Below are positions 1-11,214 of a stretch of DNA of 32,000 bases, piece by piece. Each line of letters begins with the position of its first letter. The stretch's first letter is position 1. The translations under genes were made by a program, and so were the position numbers. The DNA comes from Candidatus Arthromitus sp. SFB-rat-Yit (lineage in GTDB: Bacteria; Bacillota; Clostridia; Clostridiales; Clostridiaceae), in assembly GCF_000283555.1 (NCBI RefSeq), contig NC_016012.1:270001-302000 (forward strand). Direction: 5' to 3'. The notes beneath the pieces are model-generated. The model was not told the origin of the DNA. It searched no databases and saw only the letters and a list, made by a program, of their open reading frames with translations.

Positions 1-2314
<2,314 letters not shown>

Positions 2315-2371
2315 AAATACTTAGCAAGTTATTATTTATATACAATTTTGAGAGATTAAAATATTTCTCAG

Positions 2372-2490
2372 TATCTGGTGATTATAACGTGTAGGTAACA
2401 CCCCTATCCATACCGAACAGGAAGGTTAAGCTACACTGTGCTGATGGTACTTTAGGGTTACCCCTATGGAAGAGTAAGTCATTGCCAGTT
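2372..2490 (+). rRNA. 5S ribosomal RNA (boundaries approximate)
   Basis: 'tctggtgattataacgtgtaggtaacacccctatccataccgaacaggaaggttaagct...gatggta...gggttacccctatggaagagtaagtcattgccag' matches the 5S pattern and lies in the expected place after 23S. Confidence 0.93.
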
Positions 2491-2496
2491 TGTTTC

Positions 2497-2528
2497 AGAA
2501 GTAAGAGCATCGCTCTTACTTCTTTTTG
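2497..2528 (+). terminator. Rho-independent terminator of the rRNA operon
   Basis: Perfect 12-bp stem agaagtaagagc / gctcttacttct (2497-2508 / 2512-2523), loop atc, followed by a T run. Confidence 0.9.
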
Positions 2529-2558
2529 TTTACTTACTATATATTATTTGGAGGAATT

Positions 2559-3212
2559 ATGGATAATTTTTTAGGACAAGGCCTGATATTGTCTTTAGAT
2601 TATTTTTATGATAACATTAACTCTTATATATTGAATAAGTTACTATTGAATATAAATAATTCTTTTACTAATGTAACAGCTATTAAAACTAGTTATTTAA
2701 ATCTTATTTTAGAACTTAAGTATTCTACTGATTTACCTATTATAGGCTGTATTAATAAAGTTTATCCAGATACTATTGTTAATCTTACCCCAACTATTAA
2801 TGATATTTATGAACTTGCAAAAGTAGGAGTGAACATTGTTTATTTAGACGCATCTACTAAAATGAGAGCAAATTCTATGACTATACATGAGTTTTATTAT
2901 AAAATTAAGTTGTTGTTTCCTGAACTCTATTTTATTGGTGTCGTTTATACATTGGAAGATATAAAGAATATATCTTCTTTGAAATTTGATGCTATATGTA
3001 TAAGAGATAATTATTCTATAATTAGTAATGTAACTAATTATGTTAGTAGTGATGTACCACTTATTTTTGATTCTGTTGTTACAGACAATTTACTGATTGA
3101 TGATAAGTATATTGAATTATTTGATTCTGGGATTAATAATATAATTATTAATTCTAAAATTATTACCCCTAAACATCAATTACAAGAATTTATAGAAAAT
3201 GTATTTAATTAG
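2559..3212 (+). CDS. Divergent NanE-like (N-acylglucosamine-6-phosphate 2-epimerase family) protein, probable non-catalytic paralogue
   Basis: RBS 'ggagga' before ATG 2559. Aligns without gaps through about residue 117 to the NanE encoded at 14562 in this window (DLP[IV]IG, TPT, LDA[ST], R.N), but active-site positions are substituted. Confidence 0.75.
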   Translation: MDNFLGQGLILSLDYFYDNINSYILNKLLLNINNSFTNVTAIKTSYLNLILELKYSTDLPIIGCINKVYPDTIVNLTPTINDIYELAKVGVNIVYLDASTKMRANSMTIHEFYYKIKLLFPELYFIGVVYTLEDIKNISSLKFDAICIRDNYSIISNVTNYVSSDVPLIFDSVVTDNLLIDDKYIELFDSGINNIIINSKIITPKHQLQEFIENVFN

Positions 3213-3223
3213 GAGTGTTTTAT

Positions 3224-4057
3224 ATGAAAATAAAAATATTAGTTAATAGTATTGTAGTTGCATTATTTTTTATTTGTTTTTCTGTTTCAGTTAATGGGGC
3301 AAATATGATAAGTAATTTTATTTATAGTCCAAAAGATATTATGGAAGGTCAAAATACAACAATTGAGGGTGGAAGATATTCTTATGATTCTATGAAAGTA
3401 CAGAAGAATTTATTTAATAAAGAAACGATAAATAATGGTGAAAAAACAATATTTTTAACTTTTGATGATGGACCATCAATAAATAATACACCAAAAGTAT
3501 TAGAGATACTTAAAAATTATGATGTTAAAGCAACTTTTTTTGTACTTGGTGTAAATTTAGATAGAGGGGAAAAATATGCAGATATTTTAAGAAAGATTGT
3601 AAATGATGGACATGCAATAGGAAATCATGGATATAGTCATAATTACTCATATTTATATCCTGACAGAGTTATAAGCTATGAGAATCTTATGGAAGATATG
3701 AATAAATCCCTTAATGTTATGAAAAGTATATTGGGTGAAGATTTTAATACTAGAGTTTTAAGGTTACCAGGTGGACTTAGATCTTGGAAGAAACAAGATG
3801 AAACACTTGCCAAATTAAATGATGAGAATTATTCAGTTATTGAGTGGAATGCTATGAGTGGAGATGCTGAGAATAGGAATATTCAAGATCCTGAGATTTT
3901 AGTTCAAAGAGCTATTAATACTGCAGGTAACTCAAAATGCGTTGTTATGTTAATGCATGATTTTGCATCAAACGCTGGTGAAGTATCGTATAAAGCATTA
4001 CCTAAGATTATCGATTATTTTAAGGAAAATGGGTATCAATTTAGAACTCTCCAATAA
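3224..4057 (+). CDS. Polysaccharide deacetylase (NodB/PgdA-like, carbohydrate esterase 4) with N-terminal signal/TM
   Basis: 'TIFLTFDDGPSINNTPKVLEILKNYDVKATFFVLG', 'IGNHGYSHNY', 'RVLRLPGG', 'VIEWNAMSGDA' are CE4 motifs. ATG at 3224 follows 'aggagtg'; the ORF track starts upstream at a GTG. Confidence 0.92.
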   Translation: MKIKILVNSIVVALFFICFSVSVNGANMISNFIYSPKDIMEGQNTTIEGGRYSYDSMKVQKNLFNKETINNGEKTIFLTFDDGPSINNTPKVLEILKNYDVKATFFVLGVNLDRGEKYADILRKIVNDGHAIGNHGYSHNYSYLYPDRVISYENLMEDMNKSLNVMKSILGEDFNTRVLRLPGGLRSWKKQDETLAKLNDENYSVIEWNAMSGDAENRNIQDPEILVQRAINTAGNSKCVVMLMHDFASNAGEVSYKALPKIIDYFKENGYQFRTLQ

Positions 4058-4059
4058 TA

Positions 4060-4098
4060 AAAAAGTGATAAGATGTTTTGTTCTTATCACTTTTTTTT
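4060..4098 (+). terminator. Rho-independent terminator
   Basis: Hairpin aaaaagtgataaga ... tcttatcacttttttt. Confidence 0.85.
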
Positions 4099-4140
4099 GA
4101 TATAATTAATTTTATTATATAGTGTCACAGGGGTAAAAAA

Positions 4141-4830
4141 ATGGAAAAGAAAATTTTGTTAGTGGAGAATGAAGTAAGTATTAGACAGTTTTTAAAGATA
4201 AATTTTGATAGAGAAGGGTTTCATGTTATTGAGGCAGATAGAGGAGATACTGCTATTGAGATTGCTTTACTTGAAAAACCACAGGTTGTATTGTTGGATG
4301 TAGGACTTGAGGGAGATATGGATGGGTTTCAAGTATGTTCAAATTTAAGAAAGCATTTTCCAAAGATGGGAATAATTATGTTAACTGCTAGGTCTCAAGA
4401 AATGGAAAGAGTTATGGGACTTGAATTTGGAGCAGATGATTATGTAGTAAAGCCATTTAATCCTTTAGAGGTTATGCTTAGGGTTAAAGCACTTATTCGT
4501 AGAATAGATGAAAAGTTTAATAATGATATGATAATTAATGGACCATTTAAATTAGATTTATATTCTCAAAAAATATATAAGAATGATAAGGAAATTGATG
4601 TAACACCTAAGGAATATATGTTATTTAAGATATTTGTAGAAAATCCAGGGAAAGCATTGAGTCGTGATGAGCTTATGAATATGATATGGGGATACAATTA
4701 TTTTGGAGATTTAAAGATTGTTGATGTTAACATACGTAGACTTAGGTCGAAAATTGAGGATGAGTCCTCAAAACCTAAGTACATAGAAACTGTTTGGGGA
4801 ACAGGTTATCGCTGGAATAATGAAAAGTAA
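4141..4830 (+). CDS. OmpR/PhoB-family response regulator
   Basis: Receiver domain 'PQVVLLDVGLEGDMDGF', 'IIMLTARSQ', 'GADDYVVKPFNPLEV', plus C-terminal winged-helix output domain 'VTPKEYMLFKIFVENPGKALSRDEL...YIETVWGTGYRW'. Confidence 0.96.
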   Translation: MEKKILLVENEVSIRQFLKINFDREGFHVIEADRGDTAIEIALLEKPQVVLLDVGLEGDMDGFQVCSNLRKHFPKMGIIMLTARSQEMERVMGLEFGADDYVVKPFNPLEVMLRVKALIRRIDEKFNNDMIINGPFKLDLYSQKIYKNDKEIDVTPKEYMLFKIFVENPGKALSRDELMNMIWGYNYFGDLKIVDVNIRRLRSKIEDESSKPKYIETVWGTGYRWNNEK

Positions 4831-6250
4831 TTTTATAAAAAAGATATTTGTAAGCTCAAGTATAAGATATAGTATTATAAAGAGTTCTATAAGTGTTTTT
4901 TTATTTATAATACTGGTTTTATCATTAAGTATATCTTACTATGTACGTAAAGCATATTACGATACTATAAGTGATAATTTATCTAGTCAAATAATTAAGG
5001 CTGTTGAAAATTATCAGAGTAATTATAAAAATTCATCACTTGAAACAAATATACTTTTAGATTTAGATAATTTTATAAGTTCTACAAGTGCTCAGGTTCA
5101 AGTTATAGATTTAGATGGGCAGGTTTTAATGGATACTATAGGTGTTACATATGATGAACCAATAGATACTTATGATTTTAAAACTGCAATATTTGGAGGG
5201 TTAGGTCAATGGATTGGAAAAGTATCTTATAGTAATTCAAAAGTAATGAGTGTATCCTATCCTATTGAAAATTATGATCAAGTTATTGGAGTACTTAGGT
5301 TTACTGTGTCGCTTGATTATGCAAATAAAAATATTACTAAAATAATATTTACGTTTATTTTAGCTGTTATTATAGCACTTATATTTTATATAATAATAAT
5401 AGGTTTAGTTACGGAAAAAATTATACAACCAATAAAGACTCTTACAAATATTGCAAAAAAGATGGCGGTTGGGGATTTGGGTGTTAGATGTAGGAATTTG
5501 CCTAAAAATGAAGTTGGTGCACTTGGAGATACGCTAAATTATATGGCAGATGAGATATCTAAAAAAGATCAATTAAAGAATGAATTTATATCTACAGTAT
5601 CACATGAACTTAGAACACCTCTTACTTCAATTAAAGGATGGGCAATAACGCTCCAATATGATAAGGTTAATGATCCAGATTTATTAAATGGATTAAAAAT
5701 TATAGAAGGTGAAACTGAAAGACTTTCAAGCATGGTTGAGGAACTTTTAGATTTTTCAAAATTTATATCTCAAAAAGTTACATTAAAATTTGAGAAAATA
5801 TATATAAAAAACATACATGAATACATAATTAATTACATAAAGCCTCGGGAAGATAGGGAAAAATTTAAATTTATAATTGATGATATAGATGAAGATATAG
5901 CATTAATATCATTGAATGTAGATTTTAATAGGATAAAACAAGTTTTAGTTAATGTTTTGGATAACGCCATAAAATTTATAAAGGAAAATGGGGAAATAAC
6001 ATTAAGGTATTTAGTTGATAAGAATAAAAATATTATCTATTTAGAGATAATTGATAATGGAATAGGTATACCTAGTGAAGAGCTTTCAAGAGTTAAGGAA
6101 AAATTCTTTAAGGGTAAGAGTAGTAAATCTAAGAACGGATTGGGTTTATCAATAAGTGATGAAATTATGAAACTTCATGGTGGAGAGCTTTTAATAGATA
6201 GTGTATATGGAGAATGGACTAAGGTAACTTTGGTCTTACCCATGGAATAG
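4820..6250 (+). CDS. Membrane sensor histidine kinase (HAMP + HisKA + HATPase_c)
   Basis: Two TM segments, H-box 'FISTVSHELRTPLTSIKGW', N-box 'VLVNVLDNAIKFI', G-boxes 'DNGIGIP' and 'KNGLGLSI'. Overlaps the response regulator by 11 nt. Confidence 0.96.
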   Translation: MKSNFIKKIFVSSSIRYSIIKSSISVFLFIILVLSLSISYYVRKAYYDTISDNLSSQIIKAVENYQSNYKNSSLETNILLDLDNFISSTSAQVQVIDLDGQVLMDTIGVTYDEPIDTYDFKTAIFGGLGQWIGKVSYSNSKVMSVSYPIENYDQVIGVLRFTVSLDYANKNITKIIFTFILAVIIALIFYIIIIGLVTEKIIQPIKTLTNIAKKMAVGDLGVRCRNLPKNEVGALGDTLNYMADEISKKDQLKNEFISTVSHELRTPLTSIKGWAITLQYDKVNDPDLLNGLKIIEGETERLSSMVEELLDFSKFISQKVTLKFEKIYIKNIHEYIINYIKPREDREKFKFIIDDIDEDIALISLNVDFNRIKQVLVNVLDNAIKFIKENGEITLRYLVDKNKNIIYLEIIDNGIGIPSEELSRVKEKFFKGKSSKSKNGLGLSISDEIMKLHGGELLIDSVYGEWTKVTLVLPME

Positions 6251-6263
6251 ATAAGGGGATAAT

Positions 6264-7775
6264 ATGAAATTTAGGAAAATTATTAAGTTTAATTTTATAT
6301 TACTTTTCATGTATTTAATGATTAATGTTATGTCATGCTCTACTTTTAATGCGAGTTTAGACAGTTTGCTTGTAGCACCTCGTGTTGATAATATTTTAGT
6401 TAAGGGAACATGGAATCTAGATAATTTTTATTATATGTATAATAAAAACAAGGAAACCACACCTAAAATTCCTTCAGATAGTTATTTGTTTATATCTGAT
6501 AATTATTTAAGAATTAATGATTTATTGTTTGAGTATGATACGTTTAAAGTGAAGACATTTATGCTTAGTGACTACATGAGAGTTAAATTTAAAATAGATG
6601 ATTTTTCATTTTTAAATCTTGAGGATAAGAAGGTAAATATTTTTACAATACAAGATGAAGATAAGAATATGCATGAATTTATAAAGTATGATGATGATAC
6701 GATCTTATTTTATTATGATGATGATATTATGTATTCATTTAAAAGGATTAGTAACAAGATAGATAATGAGATTGAAGGATTTGTTAAGGAGAATTTTAAA
6801 AATAATATAATTATAAATGACAATAAGAATATAGAAGATGTTGGATTTTTAATATCATTTAGATCAGATAGGAAAGTTACGGATTATGCTATTCCTAAAA
6901 ATATGTATGCTAGTGTATGGATATATCAAAAAAATGATGGGACATATGATTATTATATGTTTGATAATATAGTTTTACCTAAGGATGATAAAATACTAAA
7001 TATTAGTGTTGAATCAAGTCAGAAGAATAATTTATATGAAAAAATATTAATTAGTGATTCATCCTCCGATAATTTATTTACTTTGGATGGAACTAATAAT
7101 ATGAATGAGGAATTTATAAATCAATTTATAGATATAACGTATGTAAATGAGAATTATATTGGTATAAACTATGATCAGAATATAGATTATTTAGGGAATA
7201 TTAATATAGATAAATGTGCTATGTTATCTATTGATGATCCGACTATTGAGAGAAGACTTAAATTTTCAGATATATTTCAAAAGAGTGTGAAAATATTTTA
7301 TGATAGTCACTATAAGTTTATAAACTTACTTAAAAAAGGTAGTTTTGAATTTTATGACACGGAACCCAGAGAGGATAGTTTTAGGCTTGAGAGGTATGGA
7401 GGAGATTGGTTTTTAAAAGGAAGAGTTAATACAAAATTACCAAGTGTCACACTTAAACCGCTTGATTTTGATATAGAAATATTACCTAATAAAAAACTTG
7501 TTAGTGAAAATAATATATCTGCAAATCTTGGACAAATAAAATTAAGAAACCCAGAGGCGAGGGATGCATTTATATCACCAAATAAAGATCTTATAGTTAT
7601 TTTGACCTCTACAACTATGGGTGTTTATAAAATTGTTGGAGATAAGATAAGTAATAATGCAATATTAGAGCTTCCAATAGATGCAACTGATAATGTTATA
7701 TTAAGTGAATGGTATACTGGAGATAAGGCAATAGAAGTAAATTCATTACTTGGAGAGTCAAAATTTAGGAGATAA
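6264..7775 (+). CDS. Uncharacterised lipoprotein, probably co-transcribed with the two-component system
   Basis: N-terminal hydrophobic stretch followed by lipobox-like 'NVMSC'. 503 aa; starts 13 nt after the kinase stop. No family recognised. Confidence 0.75.
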   Translation: MKFRKIIKFNFILLFMYLMINVMSCSTFNASLDSLLVAPRVDNILVKGTWNLDNFYYMYNKNKETTPKIPSDSYLFISDNYLRINDLLFEYDTFKVKTFMLSDYMRVKFKIDDFSFLNLEDKKVNIFTIQDEDKNMHEFIKYDDDTILFYYDDDIMYSFKRISNKIDNEIEGFVKENFKNNIIINDNKNIEDVGFLISFRSDRKVTDYAIPKNMYASVWIYQKNDGTYDYYMFDNIVLPKDDKILNISVESSQKNNLYEKILISDSSSDNLFTLDGTNNMNEEFINQFIDITYVNENYIGINYDQNIDYLGNINIDKCAMLSIDDPTIERRLKFSDIFQKSVKIFYDSHYKFINLLKKGSFEFYDTEPREDSFRLERYGGDWFLKGRVNTKLPSVTLKPLDFDIEILPNKKLVSENNISANLGQIKLRNPEARDAFISPNKDLIVILTSTTMGVYKIVGDKISNNAILELPIDATDNVILSEWYTGDKAIEVNSLLGESKFRR

Positions 7776-7798
7776 AATAAATATCGGAGTGGTTTTAA

Positions 7799-8377
7799 AT
7801 GATAGAATTAAATTTAAGAGGGAAGAACTGTCCTATTCCATTAGTTGAGATGAGGAAATTCATTAATAATAATAAAAATGTAGATTTTAAGATAATACTT
7901 AATAATGAGGCATCATTTACTAGCATTAAGAAATTTCTTGAAAATAATAAGATAAACTATTCATCTAATAAAACAGGTAGTGATTTTATATTTGAGGTTA
8001 TTTTTGATGGAAATGAGAAATTATCTAAAAATAATTTTCAAATAAATAATTTTACAATACTTGTTATGAGTGAACTTTTTGGAAATGGAGAAAATGATTT
8101 TTCAAAGGCACTTATGAAATCCTATTTCTATGCATTAAGCGAGAGTATAACCCTTCCGAGTAATATCGTATTTATAAATTCGGGAGTTAAACTTCTTATA
8201 GATGAAAATATAATTAGAAATATAGATTTATTAAGAGAAAAGGGAGTAAGTATATATTATTGTGGAACTTGTATAGATTATTATGGAATTAAGGATAAGG
8301 TAAGAACTGAAGAAATAATAAATATGTATTTTATAGTTGATGTATTAAATAATAGTGATAATGTTATTAGAATATAA
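7799..8377 (+). CDS. yedF: YedF-like protein (TusA/SirA domain + C-terminal DsrE-like domain)
   Basis: N-terminal 'LRGKNCPIPLVEMRK' (CPxP motif of the TusA fold) and C-terminal 'NFTILVMSELFGNGEND...YYCGTCIDYYGI', characteristic of YedF. Confidence 0.88.
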   Translation: MIELNLRGKNCPIPLVEMRKFINNNKNVDFKIILNNEASFTSIKKFLENNKINYSSNKTGSDFIFEVIFDGNEKLSKNNFQINNFTILVMSELFGNGENDFSKALMKSYFYALSESITLPSNIVFINSGVKLLIDENIIRNIDLLREKGVSIYYCGTCIDYYGIKDKVRTEEIINMYFIVDVLNNSDNVIRI

Positions 8378-8383
8378 AAAAGT

Positions 8384-8425
8384 TTTAAGCAAGGATATTA
8401 ATTTATCTTTGCTTAAATTGTTTTT
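8384..8425. terminator. Bidirectional terminator between yedF (+) and the RusA-like gene (-)
   Basis: Stem tttaagcaaggata / tatctttgcttaaa (8384-8397 / 8404-8417) with A-rich and T-rich flanks; overlaps the last codons of the minus-strand gene. Confidence 0.75.
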
Positions 8426-9027
8426 TTAAGACATTTTTTGCATAGAATTAAGTTTGAGTTTGATATTTTTACAAAGTCATTAGTTTTTATTATATTTTCA
8501 CATACATGACAAATTAAGTCATTGTTATTTGATTGTATATCACTTCTTTCTTGAGATATTCTTTTAGATTTAGATTTAGTATATATAACCTTATTTAAAG
8601 GAATAGATCTTTTTTTAATACTTATATCTATATCAAATATATGATTTTCGAAAAGAATTAGCTCAAATCTAGGGTTTTCTCTATCATAAAATTCTTCTAT
8701 AAATAATTTTGTTATTTGAGAATCATTCAGTATTATACCGCTTTTTTCAATTCCATCACAAATACTCTTTGTTATGTTGTTTGTATCTGGATGTTTCTTT
8801 TCATATTTGTAAAAAACTTTAAGAATTGCTGTTAAAGACGTATTAAAAATTAAATTTGGATACTTTTTTTTAATTTCATATGCTATATGTTCCTCATAGA
8901 TTCCGTATCTATCATAATAATTTCCTGTATTATTTGGAAGTATGTATCTTCCATATTTTGAATTTAATTTAAAATTTGATTTAGATATAGGAGTACCTAA
9001 AACTGTTATGCTAACTATATTATCCAT
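8413..9027 (-). CDS. RusA-like Holliday junction resolvase family protein with C-terminal CxxC...CxxC zinc-ribbon-like tail
   Basis: 'VSITVLGTPISKSNFKL' N-terminus, 'HPDTNNITKSICDGIEKSGIILNDSQI' matching the RusA PDxDN..K...D.....DDxQ motif; C-terminal 'CHVCENIIKTNDFVKISNSNLILCKKC'. Confidence 0.72.
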   Translation of the reverse strand: MDNIVSITVLGTPISKSNFKLNSKYGRYILPNNTGNYYDRYGIYEEHIAYEIKKKYPNLIFNTSLTAILKVFYKYEKKHPDTNNITKSICDGIEKSGIILNDSQITKLFIEEFYDRENPRFELILFENHIFDIDISIKKRSIPLNKVIYTKSKSKRISQERSDIQSNNNDLICHVCENIIKTNDFVKISNSNLILCKKCLKKTI

Positions 9028-9155
9028 ATATTCTCCTTTAATAAAAGATTTAGAATAATTAATTTGATAATAAAAAAATTTTTAATTATAATATTAATAT
9101 AGGATATAATAAAAATTGGAAATTTTCAAATTTTATATTTTAGAGAGGGCAACTA

Positions 9156-10160
9156 ATGAAGGATATGCTAGTTTTATCAATAGAAACAAGTTGTGATGAA
9201 ACGTCTATTGCAGTAGTTAAGAATGGAAGAGATATATTGTCAAATAAAATTTTATCTCAGATAGATATACATAATGAATTTGGTGGAGTTGTTCCTGAAA
9301 TTGCATCAAGGAAGCATTTAGAAGTTATAAATATGGTTTTAGATGAAGCTTTAAAAGAGGCAAATATAAAATTAGATGATATAGATTTAATAGCTTCTAC
9401 ATATGGACCTGGACTTGTAGGGGCGTTATTAGTTGGACTTCAATATGCAAAAGGATTGAGTTATGCTTTAAATAAGGATTTTATTGGAGTAAATCATATA
9501 GAAGGTCATATAAGTTCTTGTTATTTGGAGCATAAGGAGTTAGAGCCTCCTTTTATGAGTTTAGTTGTATCTGGAGGACACACCATGATATTAAATGTAA
9601 AAGATTATGGAGTTTATGAAAAAATAGCTGAAACTCGTGATGATGCAATTGGGGAGGTTTTTGATAAAGTTGCAAGAAAACTTGGATTATCTTATCCAGG
9701 AGGTCCTAACATAGAGAGGCTTGCAAAACTTGGAGATGAGGATGCAATTAAATTTCCTCAAAGTAGATTTGAAGATGATACTTTGGATTTTTCATATAGT
9801 GGGATTAAATCTTCAGTACTTAATTATATAAATCAGTGTAATTCAAAGGGTATTTATATAAATAAGGAAGATGTATGTGCTTCTTTTCAAAAGACTTCTA
9901 TTGATATGTTGATTAAAAATGTTGAAAAAGCTTTTGATAAATATGGTGGGAAAAAACTTTGTATTGTTGGGGGGGTTTCTTCTAATAATTATTTAAGGAA
10001 TAAATTTTTAAGTTATTTTAAGGATATTGAGATATACTATCCAAGTAAAGAGTTATGTACAGATAATGGGGCAATGATTGCATCTGCTGCTTATTACTCA
10101 TTTTTAAGGAATGGAAGAAGTGAATATACTCTTAATGCATCATCTAATTTAAAATTTTAG
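9156..10160 (+). CDS. tsaD: tRNA N6-adenosine threonylcarbamoyltransferase TsaD
   Basis: '[15 protein letters not shown]', 'VNHIEGHI', '[12 protein letters not shown]', '[14 protein letters not shown]', '[12 protein letters not shown]', 'CTDNGAMIA'. Confidence 0.98.
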   Translation: MKDMLVLSIETSCDETSIAVVKNGRDILSNKILSQIDIHNEFGGVVPEIASRKHLEVINMVLDEALKEANIKLDDIDLIASTYGPGLVGALLVGLQYAKGLSYALNKDFIGVNHIEGHISSCYLEHKELEPPFMSLVVSGGHTMILNVKDYGVYEKIAETRDDAIGEVFDKVARKLGLSYPGGPNIERLAKLGDEDAIKFPQSRFEDDTLDFSYSGIKSSVLNYINQCNSKGIYINKEDVCASFQKTSIDMLIKNVEKAFDKYGGKKLCIVGGVSSNNYLRNKFLSYFKDIEIYYPSKELCTDNGAMIASAAYYSFLRNGRSEYTLNASSNLKF

Positions 10161-10177
10161 AGATAAGGTAATAAAGT

Positions 10178-11200
10178 ATGAAGTTTATAGAGCATTCAAA
10201 TTCTGTATATAAAAGCAATAAAAAATTTATAAGCCCCAAACAAAAAAAAATTAGGAGAATTATTCTAGAGCTTAGTATTTTTATTATAATATTAACTATT
10301 TTACTAGGTATTTTAAGTGAGGTTATACAGAGTAATAATCTTATTTCATCATTAAGAAAATCTCATAGGCTTAGTGGATATGGTAAATATAAAGTAGCTT
10401 ACGCAGTATCTGGAAGTGGAGATAATTTAGTGTTATTTGAGTCTGATATAGGAGAAACACTTCTTGAATGGAATCCAATAGTTAGGGAATCTATAAGTGG
10501 TGTCAGAATGCTTTATTATGATAGATTTGGATATGGTGGAAGTGAAAAGTATAAAGAAAAGTTATCGATAGAAACACAGGTGGATATTTTAAATAATCTT
10601 GTGGATAATACGGGATATGATGGTAAACAAATACTTGTTAGCGAAGGATATGGTTCTCTTATACATATGGAATATTTGGATAAATATAAGGATAAAGTAG
10701 GAGGAGTTATATTTATCAATCCCACTATATTTAATTATAGTGGGATTAACGGTTTAAAGAAAATAGAGAATGAATTAGTGAGTTTATACTTTAGGATAAT
10801 TTCGATGCTTAATATTCCGAAATTATTGGATAAAATTTCTTTTCTGAATAACAAATTTATAGATTTATATAGGGAATTGGCTATTTCGAGAAATTTGGAT
10901 AATTATTTAAGTAGAATGATGAGTAGGGATTACTATAATACGATTCATAGTGAATCTAGAATTATGAATAGGTATTTATCAAATGTAGATTTATCTAAAT
11001 TTGGTCAATATGATTTACCTGTAATAGTTGTGGAGTCAGAAAGTAATAGAAATCCTGAATATGAAAATATGCTGAAGAGTCACTTTAGTAATTTAGAGAT
11101 AATATATTTTGAAACAACTGAGAATTTTACATATAATAATTCAGAGTATTTGAGAAATTTAATTAGAAATGTCAATTTAAGATTAATGGAAAATAATTAA
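10178..11200 (+). CDS. Membrane-anchored alpha/beta-hydrolase-fold protein, catalytic nucleophile apparently lost
   Basis: N-terminal TM; 'DNLVLFESDIGETLLEWNPI', 'MLYYDRFGYGGSEK', then 'ILVSEGYGSLIHMEYLDKY' at the nucleophile elbow. Confidence 0.82.
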   Translation: MKFIEHSNSVYKSNKKFISPKQKKIRRIILELSIFIIILTILLGILSEVIQSNNLISSLRKSHRLSGYGKYKVAYAVSGSGDNLVLFESDIGETLLEWNPIVRESISGVRMLYYDRFGYGGSEKYKEKLSIETQVDILNNLVDNTGYDGKQILVSEGYGSLIHMEYLDKYKDKVGGVIFINPTIFNYSGINGLKKIENELVSLYFRIISMLNIPKLLDKISFLNNKFIDLYRELAISRNLDNYLSRMMSRDYYNTIHSESRIMNRYLSNVDLSKFGQYDLPVIVVESESNRNPEYENMLKSHFSNLEIIYFETTENFTYNNSEYLRNLIRNVNLRLMENN

Positions 11201-11214
11201 AGAGGAGTTAATTT

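Noticed and set aside
2315-2371. Possible tRNA genes in the 23S-5S spacer or after 5S
   Set aside because: The spacer is about 57 nt and has no cloverleaf or TTCRA box; none seen downstream of 5S.
10516-10725. Minus-strand ORF inside the alpha/beta hydrolase gene
   Set aside because: Antisense to a well-supported CDS, low-complexity translation, no RBS or family.
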